Source of the DNA: Schmidtea polychroa
Taxonomy: Eukaryota
NCBI GenBank assembly: GCA_044892525.1
Contig: CM097885.1
Coordinates: 236,656,001-236,720,000 of the forward strand
Direction: 5' to 3'
Length of the DNA: 64,000 nt
Each line of letters opens with the position of its first letter. Position 1 is the first letter of the stretch. Of this stretch, positions 33,476 through 48,500 are shown in pieces. The notes beneath the pieces were generated by a model. That model was not told the DNA's origin. It ran no database searches and worked only from the letters and a program-made list of their open reading frames with translations. Position numbers and translations under genes: made by a program.

Positions 33476-35176
33476 TCAATGCAAAAAGTACAATAGCAAT
33501 CTGTGTTTAATCATGAATTTAAATCTGCAGAACGAATTTCTCATCTCTGAAAATCGACATCAAATTATTTATGCCTCTGTGCTAGTATTTATGCATTAAA
33601 GGAAAAAAATTGAGTTTACTGTGAATGATTCGAAACATTACCAAAATTTTAAAATTATATTATCATTAAAAAATAATTTAATATTTTTTTTAAAACAAAA
33701 AACTTTACATTTGCAATAAAATTAAGATCCAAAATCCACTTAAATCTTTAATTTCACTGAATAACTATTTTCTGAAGGACGCTGAAGACATTATCAAAAA
33801 ATTATTTAATTATTATTATTTTGAGATGTTAGTACTATAATTATTTATTCAATAGTCTAACAAGGATAAATTAAAAAGGTTTACTAAAGTTTACTAAATT
33901 AGTTTACTAAAGTTTATTATTTTTCAAATAAATAAATTTTGATAAAATTAACAAACTGAAATCCAATTATTTCATTGATATTTTTAAAAACTTAATTTTA
34001 TAAATTTACCTTATATTAAGATGATTAGTCATTTCATCAATTCATCAATTACTATGGCTTTCATATAATCTAAAATGAAATTTAAAAATTAACAACTAAT
34101 CACGACGATACTTCAAATTCAATTTAATTTTAAATTTAACTGTAGCTAAACAACTGATATTTTTCAATATTTACTGAAATTTATAAATAGCAATTTTTTC
34201 AAAAATTGAAAGATTTACAAAATCAAATAAGAATATAATTTGCAATTTTTGAATTTGTAATAACCAATACATATATAAGTTACAACATCCTTATTAAAAT
34301 GAATTAAAACGTTACTTTTATTCGAAAAATAGAATCTTATTTGGTCACTTATAAGAAACAAAAGAAAGAAATATTGTATTGACATTGATCAGGTTGGTGG
34401 CTGAATATTTCAATACAATTTTCTCTTGATAACACGTCCTTAAAATTTACCTATTGAAACAAGAATACATCACCCAGATTAATTCTCTTAAGCAGGAGAA
34501 GCACGTAATTAGGGCATCGATTCGAGGAGATGTATCGCAAGAATTTTTTATATCCGAATTTATCATTTAAATTATTAAATTTATTAAATATTATAACCAT
34601 TTTTTAAAATTTAATGACAAAGGAATAAGTTCTGTATATAAAGCGTTTTCTTTCGGGTCATCATGTAAAAAAACGCTGTTCTCTCAGATTGGAAGCTATA
34701 CAAATTTTCAACATTTGAAACAGCGCGGCAGGTACAAGCTCATAAAATGTTCTTAGCTTAGTTGCCATCTGTCACTGATGTGGATTCACAACCTTAGGTT
34801 AAAAACCTCATTCTTGCTTTTAAAGCCTTAAAGCCCCAAACATTCTTAAATTTATTTAATGACTATACCAATAGCCTACTGAGGTCTGGCTGTTCAATCT
34901 ATTAAAATGTAAATACGTTATATATATTTTGAATGCATTAAATCCCTATGCTTATGAAATGCGTAACTGTATTGAATGATACATAATAACTTGAACAAAA
35001 TAGCGTTTTTAGTTCTATATTTAATAGAACCAGAAAATCAAGATAAAACAGTTTGAGTTAAATTATACCAAAAAACGAAAACTATCAAACAAGAAACAAG
35101 AGAAGAATTTAAAATAACACTGAAAACTGTCAAGCTAAGAACATTATTCACACAAATTCCACATCATGATATTTAG

Positions 35177-36039
35177 CAGGGGTGTCCAACTTTTCTGTAT
35201 ACAAAATCGACTCTTTTTGTTAAGAGTGTGTCAAGATCGACTTATTGCCATAGGCGTAGTCTAAGGGGGAATAATGGGTGTGTAATGCATACTATGTTTA
35301 TACACTCTGTTTCAGCATACGGTGCATTTCAGCAAGGTATGGGTAGATACTTAATATATATGTTCAAACCTATTTTTATTTTCAAATCACTTATTAGTTT
35401 TCGAGATTTAGGCTCCCGAAGAAAATAAATTCCCAGACCAAACTTGTGATAGCACATTCCGTACATGCGGTACCTAAAAATTCGATTTTACAACACTTTT
35501 TCGAGATAGATCTTTACTAACTTAAAATGCAATTTATTTTTTTATCAACTGCAATGTATAGTTGTTGTAATATTTGTTCGTAAATATTAAAAAGCTCGTA
35601 AGTACATCTCGAACTGATATATAGATTGGGCTTATTGTCCTTATCTACCTACGTAAAAAAACATCAACAATAATTATTGAAAGGGCCAAATACTCACGTC
35701 CAGGGGAATTAAAAGAACAATATGAACAATATTTATTAATTCAAATTAGCCACAGTTAAATACAGATTTAGAATTGACTTTGTTCCCTTAACATTAATGG
35801 GAAGACTGAGTTTGCATGTAGTTTGTAAGGAATCATAATAATGATAATGAATTTAATAATAATGATAATTATGATTGCCAGCATTTATACTTATTATACT
35901 TTTACTATATAATAGTATTTGATACTTATAATACAATATATATTTTATTTATAAATGAATTATTTAAATATCCCTAACACAAATTGTGAGAGATCGACGA
36001 TCAACCGATCGATCGCGATCGACTTGTTGGACAGCCCTG
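35177..36039. mobile_element. Non-autonomous hAT (Charlie-type)
   Basis: Ends caggggtgtccaac / gttggacagccctg; TSD atatttag/atatatag; gatcgac repeats. Confidence 0.8.
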
Positions 36040-36304
36040 ATATATAGATTCCGAGTTTAAACTGATTCCCTTCATCAAAAGTCGACACGAATATAGCAAA
36101 TAACCATTTGGTCACTTCAAAATCAAAATATAATGACGTTAGTATTACGGGGATGAGACAAGCAAGTTCATCTAGCTCGTGTCTCATAACTGATCTCGCT
36201 TTAATTGTAAATTCTCTTGATTCGGATACCTCTACTCCAAATGTGTATTTAAATGGCTTAAAATACATTTTCGGCCTCAAATAATTGCTGGAACTAAAAG
36301 TCTA

Positions 36305-36790
36305 GTGGATCACGGCGATGACAGGAACATTATTCTTTCTATTAAAGATGAAGAATTTTTAGCAGGACATATTTCGAAGTATGGGAATTTCAGAAACAGA
36401 AATCCATTTTATCGGTCAAAATCCATCTGCGAGGAAAGTATTCCAACAATAACAGAAAAGTTCCACGTGATCATCGTTGAGGAAGTTAAATCTTTTGGTT
36501 ATTTTAGCTTGTCCGTTAATTCAACACAATATCACTTAAGTGTTGTACTTATGTACTTTATAATGGACAGTCTGTTGAACGCCTTTTAATTTTTCTTGAA
36601 ATAGAAGGCAACGCTGAGCGTTCATTTTCTCGGTAGAAATACATTAGAAATCTCTTAAAAACAACTATACAACAAGAAAGGCCTAATGCCTTATTTTTAT
36701 TAAGTATAAAAGTTTATGTTTGACGTCATACTGATTATGAAGATCTGATCAAAGATTTTACAAAGGAAAATTGGAGAAATTATTAAGGCA
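36305..36790 (+). pseudogene. Heavily deleted ZMYM1-like hAT transposase remnant
   Basis: FLAGHISKYGN...SKSICEE...EEVKSFGYFSLSVNST, then AERSFS...QERPNAL. Confidence 0.6.
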
Positions 36791-36989
36791 TAAATAAAAT
36801 GGAAGCATAAATAATACATATTATTTTCTTGATCAATGATACATAAAAATATTCAAATAACTCCTTTTAAACTTAAAATATTTTGTTGTATGGTACAATT
36901 AATTCTATGATTTCATTTTGAATAGCTGGTGAAAATATGAAACAGAGCCTTTTCTTATGTTTTTCAATACGATCTTTTAAAGTACTATT

Positions 36990-38260
36990 ATAATAGAAGA
37001 AAATAATCCAACATACGGGTTCTACAGAAAACCAGCTCGCAAAGAAATATTTATGCACCAAAGATCAGCGCGTCCATACTTACAGAAAGTACATGTCATA
37101 AGAAACGAGAAACGAAGAATAGCCAATCGATACACGGAGAAAAACGAAAACTTTAAAGAGCAATCAAATTTCAATAAAATCCTACACCGAAACGGATACC
37201 AAGGTGAGGACATTGAAAAAATGAATTCTACCCCAAGAAGATCTAGGGAATTAACACAAAAGAATCAGAAATATTTCTATCTGAATATCCCATTCATCAG
37301 TGACATACTCGACTTCAAGATCCTGAAAGAACTTAAACGTACCGGTCTTCCAATTCGGATAGCACATAAATCTTGGACATTGAGAAGGGCTCTGGCAGGC
37401 AACATAAATAGAGAAAACAATTGCACAATGAAAAACTGCCAGACACCGAAAGATATGTGCTTTAGAAAAAACATCGTCTATTGCATCACGTGCAATGTAT
37501 ACAATGAAATCTACATTGGAAGTACCCTCAGGACATTGCACCAAAGAGTTAAAGAACATCTAGATCCTGGTGGAACATCCTCGTTGGGCAGACATCTCCG
37601 GCAGTGTCAGCCAACAGAGGAAAGAAAAAATATTTCAATAGAAATCATAGCTAATGGAAACATCCAAAATAAAATGTCAGAATCAAAGAAGCAATTCTCA
37701 TCATAAACAGACAGCCAAAGATCAACACTAAAGAAGAAATCAATGAAATCATGAATTTGATCTGTTGTCATTGACTTTGAGAATAACTGACAATATATAA
37801 AGAAATTAAAAAAAAATAGAATAAATTAAAAAGTAATAATTAGAATAATATAGAAAAAAATTTTAAAAAATAGGGTTTGAAAATCAAAATTGACACATTT
37901 ATTGAAATATTTAAATAGCATATATAAGTAGTTATTGGAGGCTTTATTTAAAATATTTTCAAATATTTTATTAGGCTTCTAGAAGCTAATTATAGAAGCT
38001 GTAAAAAATTTAAAAATTTTTAGTTTGTGTCATTTTGAAATTTTAAATGTAAAAAATTTTAAAAGTTTTTAGTAAAACAATTCATTATATTTACAACCAA
38101 TGAGAATTAAGAGAAAGGAAATAAAAGAAAGATTGAAGGGTATTTTGGGGAAGAACATTGCTAAATTCCAGGAGATTGACAAGGACTATCGTATAGTCGA
38201 AAATTCTTTCATTAAATACATTATTTGCAGCAAAAGGCTTAAATTATCATTTTATTGTTT
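36990..38260 (+). mobile_element. Penelope-like retroelement, 5'-truncated (RT C-terminus plus GIY-YIG endonuclease 37053-37706, and 3' pLTR)
   Basis: FYRKP...MHQRSA, ILHRNGY, NIVYCITC...IYIGSTLRTLHQRVKEH motifs, and EAILI in a shifted frame. Confidence 0.88.
38168..38213 (+). ncRNA. Minimal type I hammerhead ribozyme-like motif (U3-A8 core variant) in the Penelope pLTR
   Basis: aggaga UUGACAA g GACUAU-cgu-AUAGUC GAAA AU UC uuucau: perfect 6-bp stem II, palindromic AAUU stem III, UC cleavage site and an imperfect stem I. Confidence 0.6.
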
Positions 38261-40638
38261 TAAATAATAAATGCTGCTACCAAGCAATCATCATTTTATA
38301 CTATTATAATGGTTAGCAAATTCTATTAAATTAAAAAAATCCGCAATTCGGATATCTAATTAATTTTAATTTGAACCTTTTAGAGCAATATTATTTTTAG
38401 CGCAAAATAGGATAGCATCTACAATAATTTTTAATATCTCAAATTTTAAAATCTCGAATACAATTTTTGTAAAAAAAATTGTATAAATAATTCAATTAAC
38501 AATTCCGTTTTAGGGCCACTCGATCTCTGTTCCATGTGCTGGTGCACCTGCTTAGTCACGGCACTGCTTGTATCTCAAAGAAACTCTATTATTGACAAGT
38601 AAAATTTTGTTAAGTTTTCGTCTAATTATACAAGTTGTTACGACATTAATAATCTTCATCAGCAAGGCTTATCCATAATTTTGCCTAATCTTCAATAATA
38701 ATATCCTTAAATTATTAATATAAATTGTTATTGTTGAGCTGTAGTCTGACTGGTTGGGTCTTACTTCTATTAGTTCGTTGACATTTGTTTCTTAAACAAA
38801 ATAATTAATGTCAATATTTTTTAATTAATTAATTGATTAGTTTGTATTTACACATTTACGTTGTTTGGAGATCTGCTTATCGATTTAAAATAACTATTCG
38901 TCTTTCAATTTTTATTTCCCACCTGCTTTCACCTTTTCCCTTCAAAAATATGGATTTTTAGATTTTTAGTAATTTTTATTAAATATTTGCACTCAAATTT
39001 GTTAAATGCCCTCCCGTAGATAACCCAAAAATATTTTTACCGGCAATTTATGCAAAATCAAGTTTGACATGTTTCGAAATAAATCAAAAAATTCTTAAAA
39101 TTGATTAGAAATAAATTTAATTTACCTTCAATGAATCGGAATTCATTTAAAAAAATAATCATAAAATGCTCTTAAATTTAAATTAAAAATTAATTTAACT
39201 TCAACTGATGTTTTATTAATGACTTATTGAATCATAATTTTTTATTAGTTAAAACTCTTAACTATTAAAACAATAAAAAAAGTTTTCTTTTACGATTTAA
39301 CCCGATTAACAATTGAAATATTTCCTTTGGTTAATGTAAATGTAGAAACTTGAGTCATTGAGGAAAACAATGTTTTCCTGTAGATTATTTTGTTTTACAG
39401 ACTTGGTAAAAGAACCGAAATTTTTGTTTAAAACACCGAAACAATTTGTTCGATTGATTTTGTTTATTAGAAACAATATGGGAAATAATTTCTTTCTTCA
39501 AATACTGTTTTAATATTGACTTGAATTAATATTACAAATTCCCTTATAATTATCTCTTATCTGTGTCTGGGAGCGGCAAATTATTATTTTTTCCCCCCTT
39601 CTGGCTCATTGGCGATGCATTGGCGCATCATAAAACGTGAGGCACGACAAACTTATTTGCCGGCTAATGTTTGTCGGCATACAGTCTTTCATTCTCTCCT
39701 GAATAAAATGCCACATTATTTCAAACAATGTAATTATCCTTAGACTTCTACGCACTTATTATAATATGGCCGTATCGTAGCGCATAACAAATTCTTCTAA
39801 GCAATTTATCATTTTCATTTCCTAAACGAATTTACTACTCGATTTGATGCCGGTGGAGTTATATTTCTCTTTTTATCAGTAAAACAAAAAATAAGAAAAA
39901 AATAATGATTAAATTAAATTGTCGATTGAATATATTTTCACAATCATGATTTAATAATTTTTTTATCTAATTACGGATGGAATTTCAGTTTAATTTATGA
40001 AAATATTAATTCAATTAATTATTAAATGATAATTGTTGCACTAGTAAGTTGGATTAATTAAAATATATTGAAATTTAATTTTTTTTATAATAAAAAATAA
40101 TTCATTTTAATCAAATAATTGAATTATTTTCATGAGAAAAGAAATTATTGAAATCAAATTTAATTTTATACGATTCGAATTTTACATTTTATTTTCTCTG
40201 GTCATGCAGAAATATTTATTATATAATAATTGTTATTTACAGCTACCAAATTGCATTTTGAAATTCAGTTTCTGGTACTTAAATTATAAGTAAATTATGC
40301 AAGTTCAATTTTAATTCAATAAATTTTAAAATAATTTAATATCAAAATTTATTATTATACTAGACGGAGTACCGGTTCATGGACTGGTTTTGACATTTGA
40401 CTCTAACACATATAATACTTTTACTCTCTTCATTTTTCCTTCTATAATTATAATAATCATTTAATTATTATGATTCAATTATCTAACATTTGTACCAAAA
40501 AATGTTATCAAGGGGTCACAGCACCAGAAATGTTGGTAACTTCTGTTCTAATTTGGTCTTAGTTATAATTTTAAAATTATTTATTTGAAAGTTTAAAATT
40601 CTAAAATTTGTTTAATTTATTTAATTGAACACTAGAGT

Positions 40639-41409
40639 TAGGGTTCGGAATCCCGGGATCCCGCAATTTTTAGCAATCCCGAAATCCCGGGATCGAGCAC
40701 TTGATCCCGGGATTTGACTTTTTAAGCCTAAAAGGAAAAATACCTTACAGTTTCCTTAAAAATTCTTTAAAACAATCGTTTTTGGTTAAACATTTTCAAA
40801 TTTAAATTTTTTCGGTTGAGATTTGAATTTTGTCATATAGAAAATACTTGGAATTTTTTTTGCATTCCAATTCTTAAAATATATAAATTTTAAAAATCGA
40901 AATTCTTGGAACTTTTTTTTTTCAATATTCAATTTGTAATTATATTCTTAAAATTTTTTGTTGGCGCTCAGACGTAATTAGTATATAATTGTTTTCACGT
41001 GTTATTGTTTTTGATTATTTTAATGTGTAGATTAAATTAAATTATCATTCGCACTATTTGAACAACAAATTTTAAAAATATAATGGCTTCTTACATAGAC
41101 CATGAAAAGAAAAGTAATTCTGCTATTTGGAAACATTTTTTACGAGAAGAAAAAGGACAGACAGTGATGTGTAAGTATACCGACTGCAAAAAAATTCTAA
41201 AAATTGGGGGTATATCAACGAAAGGTTTCCACACGCATCTACTTTCCGTCCATAAAATTAACATCACAACAGCTACTACTTCGGCTAACACATCAGATGA
41301 ACCACCAATAAAAAAATTGAAAACGTCTAGAGTTTATTTATACAATTATATAAATAATTATTTTTTTTGTTTTAATCTTACGTTAAAGATTCTAACTATT
41401 TTGCTTTAA
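40639..41409 (+). mobile_element. hAT 5' fragment with BED zinc finger (41083-41330)
   Basis: tagggttcgg end with atcccgggat repeats; SAIWKHF...CKYTDCKK...STKGFHTHLLSVH. Confidence 0.75.
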
Positions 41410-41759
41410 TTTTTGCTGTTAAATCACAACCGATCACGTAACTAAGTTGTTTTTGGGCATGATAAAAATAAAGATTTTTTAATTTATAATATTATGCCAT
41501 TTTTATTAAAATTTCATTATGGGCTATGAATAATGTAAAATTCCTCGATTTAAAGTATGAAATCAACAAATATCATTAGTATGAAAGAGTTTGGAAGTTA
41601 GAAAGTTCGAAGGACGATTATTTTTAATCATTCTTAATAATTTATTTAGTAGTCGATATTCGCTTAAAATACATCTACCTGATATTTTTGGAAAATATGA
41701 AATAAAATCTTTGTTTATACAAATTTTCGAATTTATACTTTAAAATATAAACAATATAT

Positions 41760-42090
41760 AAAAGTGACTATAGAGACCTCAATCGAATCACAGGGAAATA
41801 ATGGTTTACAATTTTACAAACCCAATTTCTATTAGATTACTTGGCGGATTCGAAATTTTTTTTTCAATAGACTTGGAATAGACGTACTAGCAAATCGAAA
41901 TAGTTTTGATCATATATGAGTCAACCACTTTTTTTTGTTTTAAAAGGGTTAGCAACAGCTCCAGTCACTTTCCAAAGAAGGATGAATACATTCTTAGGCA
42001 TTATATTTAAGGGAGTTATAGTAAATTTGGAAGATTAATAAATATATTAAAATAATTGCTTTTTGTAAATTTGCAGTGATCAAAATAATC
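41760..42090 (+). pseudogene. Degenerate Gypsy RT fragment
   Basis: DYRDLNRIT and GLATAPVTFQRRMN motifs. Confidence 0.6.
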
Positions 42091-42097
42091 TCTAGAG

Positions 42098-42529
42098 CAG
42101 GGGTTATCAAACTTTTTCTCTTTAGGGCCAAATTCTTCAAGAATTTATCAAAATGATAATTTTCGGGCCACTCACAGGGTTTCAAAACGGAATAAGAGAT
42201 TGGTCATAAAATTTTTAAATAAAAAAAAGTAATTTAAAATATAAGTTGCATATATTATTTTAAAATAACTAACAGAAAATATTTTTAATTTTTAAACGTT
42301 GATTAATATGAAGATTATTTTATAAATGACTTTTATTAAAGAAAATTTTTATGCAATAAAATAAATTTTTAATAATCGTTTCTTTTAATATAAAAATTTA
42401 TTTTTGAAGTTTTCTACAAAGACAAAATTATTTAAATTGCCAAAAAAATTTCAAAATTGAACAATTAAAAATTATGTTTTTAAAACTTAGCAAAAAAATA
42501 ATGAGCGTGCCGCACTTTGTTAACCCCTG
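42098..42529. mobile_element. hAT MITE with a perfect 8-bp TSD
   Basis: caggggtta ... taacccctg; TSD ctctagag on both sides. Confidence 0.88.
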
Positions 42530-43639
42530 CTCTAGAGTGATGTTTATATAAGGAAATACTCTTAGTTTCCCTGAAACAAACGCTACTGAAATCTTTATGG
42601 TCTATACTATACGAGATCTATTCATTCTTTGTTTTAATTTTATTAAATCTAACTCCAAATCTTTTTAATTTGCAACACTTTCATCTTGTGCAGTCGATTC
42701 AATTTTGATGAATATAATAAATTTAAAAATTTTTCATAAAAAATAATCAACTTGATCATGTAATATGAGGAAAAGACTGAATGGTCTTTCAAATTATAAT
42801 ATGAAATTTGCCTTGTTTGAAGAATACAATGATGCCGGTATACATTGTTTTGTACACGCGAGAAAATCTTCAAGAAATTTCAGTCTCACAAAAAAAAACA
42901 ATTACATTGTCCTGATTTCCCCAATAAATATTTCAACGTGCTATTAACTTGATTGCAACCGCAATGTAAAATTAAAAGAAAAGTTTTATGAATTAAATAA
43001 TTAAAACAAAAAAACTTTCAAAGTGTTTTTGCTGGTTAATAATTTGATATTTTTAATATAATTACTAATTTTAATGCTAAAACAACAATGAAAATGGGGG
43101 GGGGCAGTTTTGTTTGTAAAAATTGTATATTGTGATATGGTAATGTTTGTTTTAAATTAAATAAGTTTTTTTAAATGGTTAAGTTTTGTAAAGAATAATA
43201 TTTTGTAGTAATCAAGAAAAACGTTTATGAAATAAACAATTTTATCTGGATTTAATTTACTTTTCAATATAAATAAATTATACTAAAAAGATTTCAAAGA
43301 AAGTGAAAGTTTCAAAGTTAATTTTAAATTACGAAACAAAGGTTTTCATCGACATTGTTGGAGATGATTATAATAATAATTTAAACCCATTATATCCTTT
43401 TCTAACTTCCGGTTATATAAAGTTTCAAAAACAGTTGTGTTTTGCTATAAATAAAATTAAAAAAATCCATAAGAAACCAAAAAATACAGTTAGAATTTTT
43501 TTATTTTAACATATATTTTGACTATAATTTTGTTTATTTAAGATTAATTTTTGCACCGAATTGCTACTCAACAGTGCTGGTTTTTTTTAGATATTTGTAG
43601 AATGAGAAATTAAGTAGGAGAAATTTTATTATAAAATAA

Positions 43640-45578
43640 ACTAATTATAAATTAATATATAACAATCAACAAATAAAAATGAAAAAAATTTCGACTGTAA
43701 AATAGTCATTTTCAATTTCATGGAATTTAGCTTCTTCTATTTTCCAAAATGATCTTTGATCTTCTCTTTTATTTTCCTTTTCTTACTTCTCATTGGTTAA
43801 AAATAATAATAAACTTTTTTTCTGAAGAATTTAAGATTTAAAATTTTTTTTTAATTAAATATCTTTTAAAATTCAAAACAAAATACTAAACCAAATTTTT
43901 AAATTTTAAAGCTTTTATAATTAGCTCATAAAAACCTATTTTAATAAATACTATCTTAAAATATTTATAGAAAATAGTTTCCAATAACTATTTATATACT
44001 CAATTTAAATATTTTTAAAAATGTTTTATTTTGATTTTTAATCCTAATGATCTTTTAAAACAGGGGTGGGCAAACTACGGCCCGCGGGCCGCATGCGGCC
44101 CGACAGAGTATATTATGCGGCCCGTATGCATGTACATGTGGCGATCCTATGCGAAATTAATTTTTTTGTTTGGAGCTTAGACTTGCAGTTTTGCCTATAT
44201 TTTTGAAATGTATTTCTTATTGCTTTGATTCGAATTTATGGATATTAAATCGATTTTATGGCTCCAGAATATTATTAATTACTGGTCATTACTAGTTAAC
44301 ATTGAAACTGCTTTTCCGCTCAACCAGAAGAGGATTTTATTTACAATTTACATTTTGAAAGGCTTTGTAAAAATTGTAATTTTAAAGCGAATAGACTTTG
44401 AATTACCCATGAGTGTTGCTAAAAAAAGAAAGATTGAAGACGAATGTCGTGTTTTTAATGTCGAATGGACTCCTAAAAACTGCTTCACGAGCGTTGGGAG
44501 CAAATCAGTCTGCTTGCTGTGCCGTGAGTGTGTGAGCGACTTTAAAGAGTACAACTTGAAAAGACACTACGAAACAAGACATTTGGATTTTGGGCGCAAT
44601 TTAACAAACGTAGAGAGAAAAAAGAAATGCCAGGAGTTGGTTAATAATTTAAAGAAGCAGCAAACTGTTCTCACCAAACATTCTGTAATACAAGATATTG
44701 CAACCGAGACCAGTTTGATGCTGTCCCATAAGATTGTAAAACGTAACAAGCCCTTTTCTGACGGCGAGTTCATTAAGGAATGCTTGTCAGATGCAGCAAG
44801 CATTATGTGTCCAGAACAGAAAACAAAATTTGACAGCATTTATTTATCAAGGAGAACCGTAGTCAGGCGTGTTGAAAAGATAAGTGACAATTTGATGCAC
44901 CAACTTCGAGATGCAAGTAAAGACTTTTTGTGGTATTCTCTTGCATTGGACGAAAGTACCGATGTACAGGACACAGCTCAAATGTTGGTATTTATACGGG
45001 GAATAAACACTCGTTTCGAGCTTACTGAAGAATTACTTAGTGTTGAGCCGCTCAAAGACACAACCACAGGCCAGGATTTATTCAACTCTGTTTCTTTGTC
45101 TTCATAATTATTATGATGTGTAACAATAAACTTTTGTTGGAATAATTATGAATAGTAAAATCTTATTCCCAAATTAGCAATTCGTTTAGTTCCTATTTGA
45201 AAATGTAATGTGCATTTGTAATAGAGTGGGAATGTGAAATAAACTGACAAATACATGACTATTCTCATCAATTCATATTTTCATAAGTTGTAAAAATTGT
45301 AACTAAAGTAAAGTAGTAGACAAAATATATATGCGGCCCCCGATAACAATCAAGTTTTCTATGTGGCCCTTTATAGAAAAAGTTTGCCCACCCCTGTTTT
45401 AAAAGTATATTTTATCTATTTTTATATATTATTTTAAATTATTATTTTTTAATTTTTAATTTAATTTTTATAAGCTTTTCTCAAGGTCAAAAACAACAAA
45501 CCAAACTGTTGATTTCATTTATCTCTTCTTTAGTTTTGATTAATGACCATCTCTTTATGATGAGAATTGATTCCTTAA
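43640..45578 (-). mobile_element. Second Penelope 3' fragment/pLTR (with a degenerate hammerhead at ~43678-43725), split by a Charlie hAT
   Basis: Reverse-complement similarity to 37686-38220 on both sides of 44061-45396. Confidence 0.75.
44061..45396 (+). mobile_element. Charlie/SPIN-type (GTF2IRD2-like) hAT, internally deleted; transposase N-terminal part 44409-45107
   Basis: TIR caggggtgggcaaact on both ends; TSD ttttaaaa; KKRKIEDECRVFN.EW, CLLC...KEYNLKRHYETRH, KPFSDGEFIKEC and SLALDESTDV motifs. Confidence 0.93.
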
Positions 45579-48500
45579 AAACAAAAAAAATAATGTCAGA
45601 TTAAATTTTTCATATTTAATAGAGCATATATTTTATTTTTATTAGTAATAATAATCCAATTGTCTATATAAAATATTCCGTGTTCCCTTTATCTATATCT
45701 TTTTTAATTCATTTATTTTGTTTTTAATTATTTTGGCACTTAAAAGTTTGATCTTCTGTTTACATTTTTAATATTTTAGTCTTTAGTTTTATATTTAATC
45801 AAATGAATAAATAATATAATATTAATATATATAAAAATTATAAGCCATGTTAAATTATTGTATTTTAATAAATACCATTATTATAAAATATAATATTTAA
45901 AATTAAAATTAATATAAACAAAAATACTATTTATTAATAAAAGTAATTATATATTGTCAATTTAAGAATAAAAACTAATAAAATTAAATTAGTATTTGTA
46001 AATGAAACTATTAATAAACAAATTAAAATTAACAAAAAATAATATTTTAAATGATTATATAAATTTAAAATATTTGAAGAAATATGTTTTTAAAATTAAT
46101 TTTATTTATTAAAATAAAATTCAGTGAAATGATGTAAAAACATTAATTCATTATAACATGCACTCAAATAATTAATTTATTAAAAACATTAATTGTAAAT
46201 AAATAAATTATTATTATAACTAAATGAATAAATTGTTATCATCATTATTTTATTATTATTATAAAATTAGAATCATCATTGAAATAAAATAATTACAAAT
46301 TTAAAAAATTATTATTATTTATTATTTATTATTTATTATTTATTTTTTATTTATTACTAAATTTAGTGAATGTAAATATAGAAATATTTTTAATTTAAAC
46401 AATTTAAATTTTATAGAGTCAGGTTAAAATTATTGTTATAATTCTAATTTTTTATATATTCATGGAAATTAACGGTTATTGTAGAATTAACAGTAATTTA
46501 TATTTAAAAGAATTTAATGTATTTTTGTTTGATAAAGTAGATTTTCATCGGTTGGATTTCGGCATTGAAAGGGAATTGAAGCGAATTGAAGGTAATATAA
46601 TAATTGGGTTGGTTTCATGGGGATTTCGGAAAAGCATAGTTATTAATTTGATTATTTTTTCAATTTAATTAACTTATTGATAATTTTATAAGTAATCTTA
46701 TAGCTTATTTATGGGCTCAGGGATTTGAATTTTGGGATTATGATAAATTATATTGATAAATGTAGTGTATTGTCAAATTTTATAATTGTTATTTACATTA
46801 CAAAATTGTTATGAATAAATAAACCCCTCTCAATAAAAACGTTGCGTTCATTATGTAAACTATATAGATTTGATTCTCTATAGTAATTAAATATAGAGAA
46901 TCGATCACACAAAAATCGAAAAAAAATTAATAAATTAACAGTACAAACACCAAGAAGCAGCTAATTCTAAAGAAGTTGGAATTTATCCGAAATATAAATT
47001 ATTACAATACCTCAAATTCCCAAATCCTATTCAAACCAATACTGATACTTGGTGCTGACAATTCCCGCTAACTCATTCTATTATTTGAAACTAATTATAA
47101 TTCATTTGTAGTCCGGTTTCCGGAAGCTTTTCCTCTTATCGAAGATTTTACAGTTGAAGCATAAAGTACTTTTCTATTTTAAGTGTTAATAAAAGTTTAA
47201 ATATTGTTACTAACGTTACATATTTTTCATTAATTTACATACAGATACCCCAACTGTCCCGAGACAGTTTATTTGTTGGTGACTCGGCTGGGTTCTACAA
47301 TCTTCCACAATAACACTACAATAATATACAATCACTATTTAACATAATTAAAAACCACAATATACAATCACTATTTAACATAAATAGAAAATCACAAGAT
47401 AGCAATAAATATTGAATTTATACACACTTTAGGCTATTATTATTATTATAAGGGGGCTTCTTAAAGTTTTGATATCGGTGTTAAATGGAGTATAAGAGAG
47501 GTGTAGCTGCCGAGGGTTTTATTCTTTTATAAGTGATTTTTATGGGGTTTAATTAGAGTTTTATTAAAATTAAAAATAAAAGTACAATCATTAGTTTTTT
47601 GCAAAAGTTCACGTAAATCTCTTGTTTACACGAAATAATTTATTAAATTTATCATTTATTATATTTCATTAATTAAAACAATTTTGATAATTAAAACAAA
47701 AAATGTTAAAATGTTAAAATTTATTTAAATTTGATTACTGTATCCTACTTATCTTGAAATTCAGATCTAATATTTACCGTTCTAATAACAAGATTGCGTT
47801 GGTTTATTTGATGTAATGACGCGCGCTTAGGAGAAGCTGGAATGAATAATCTGTTCCATCAAATCACGCGTCATGTTATGAATGACAGCTGTCAGTTATT
47901 TTCTGCCATTTTGTTTGCCTTTAATTAACCTCCGATTTGTGATTTCGAAACGAAACATATTGCAATCATTTGAAATTTCTAACCGAGTTCTGCTTGTTTT
48001 AACTAATATTTTTTTTTGCATTTTCAAATAACTAATTGCGTTTTATTACGATTTTGTTGCAGTTTCAAATTTATAAAAAAAACATATACAAATAAGTGAA
48101 ATGGAAAAGCCACTTCTTGTTTCTTCTTCACCGCTGTGAATATATTCCAGTAACTTTTACAATAATTAATAATATTGTAACATACGCTCCAGGATAACTG
48201 ATTTACTGAAGGTTGCTAATTTCTGAATAGCTCATATTCTTTTAATTGGATTACATAGGTGGTTTCTTTGGAGGCCAGTACACAAAATGGGTATGTTCAA
48301 AGATGATGACAGAAACCTTAGTAGCCTTGTATAATGAGCCATTCTTTATTGAAATGAATACTTTAGGAAACTTATTTTATATGATTTAGAGATAAGTTAT
48401 GTGTAACTAAGGGAATATGCTAAAGTTAAAGAAAACTGGCGGTGATCGTACATTGCAAAAATGTGATTTGAAAAGTTTTTAAATTACCGATTTATACTAC

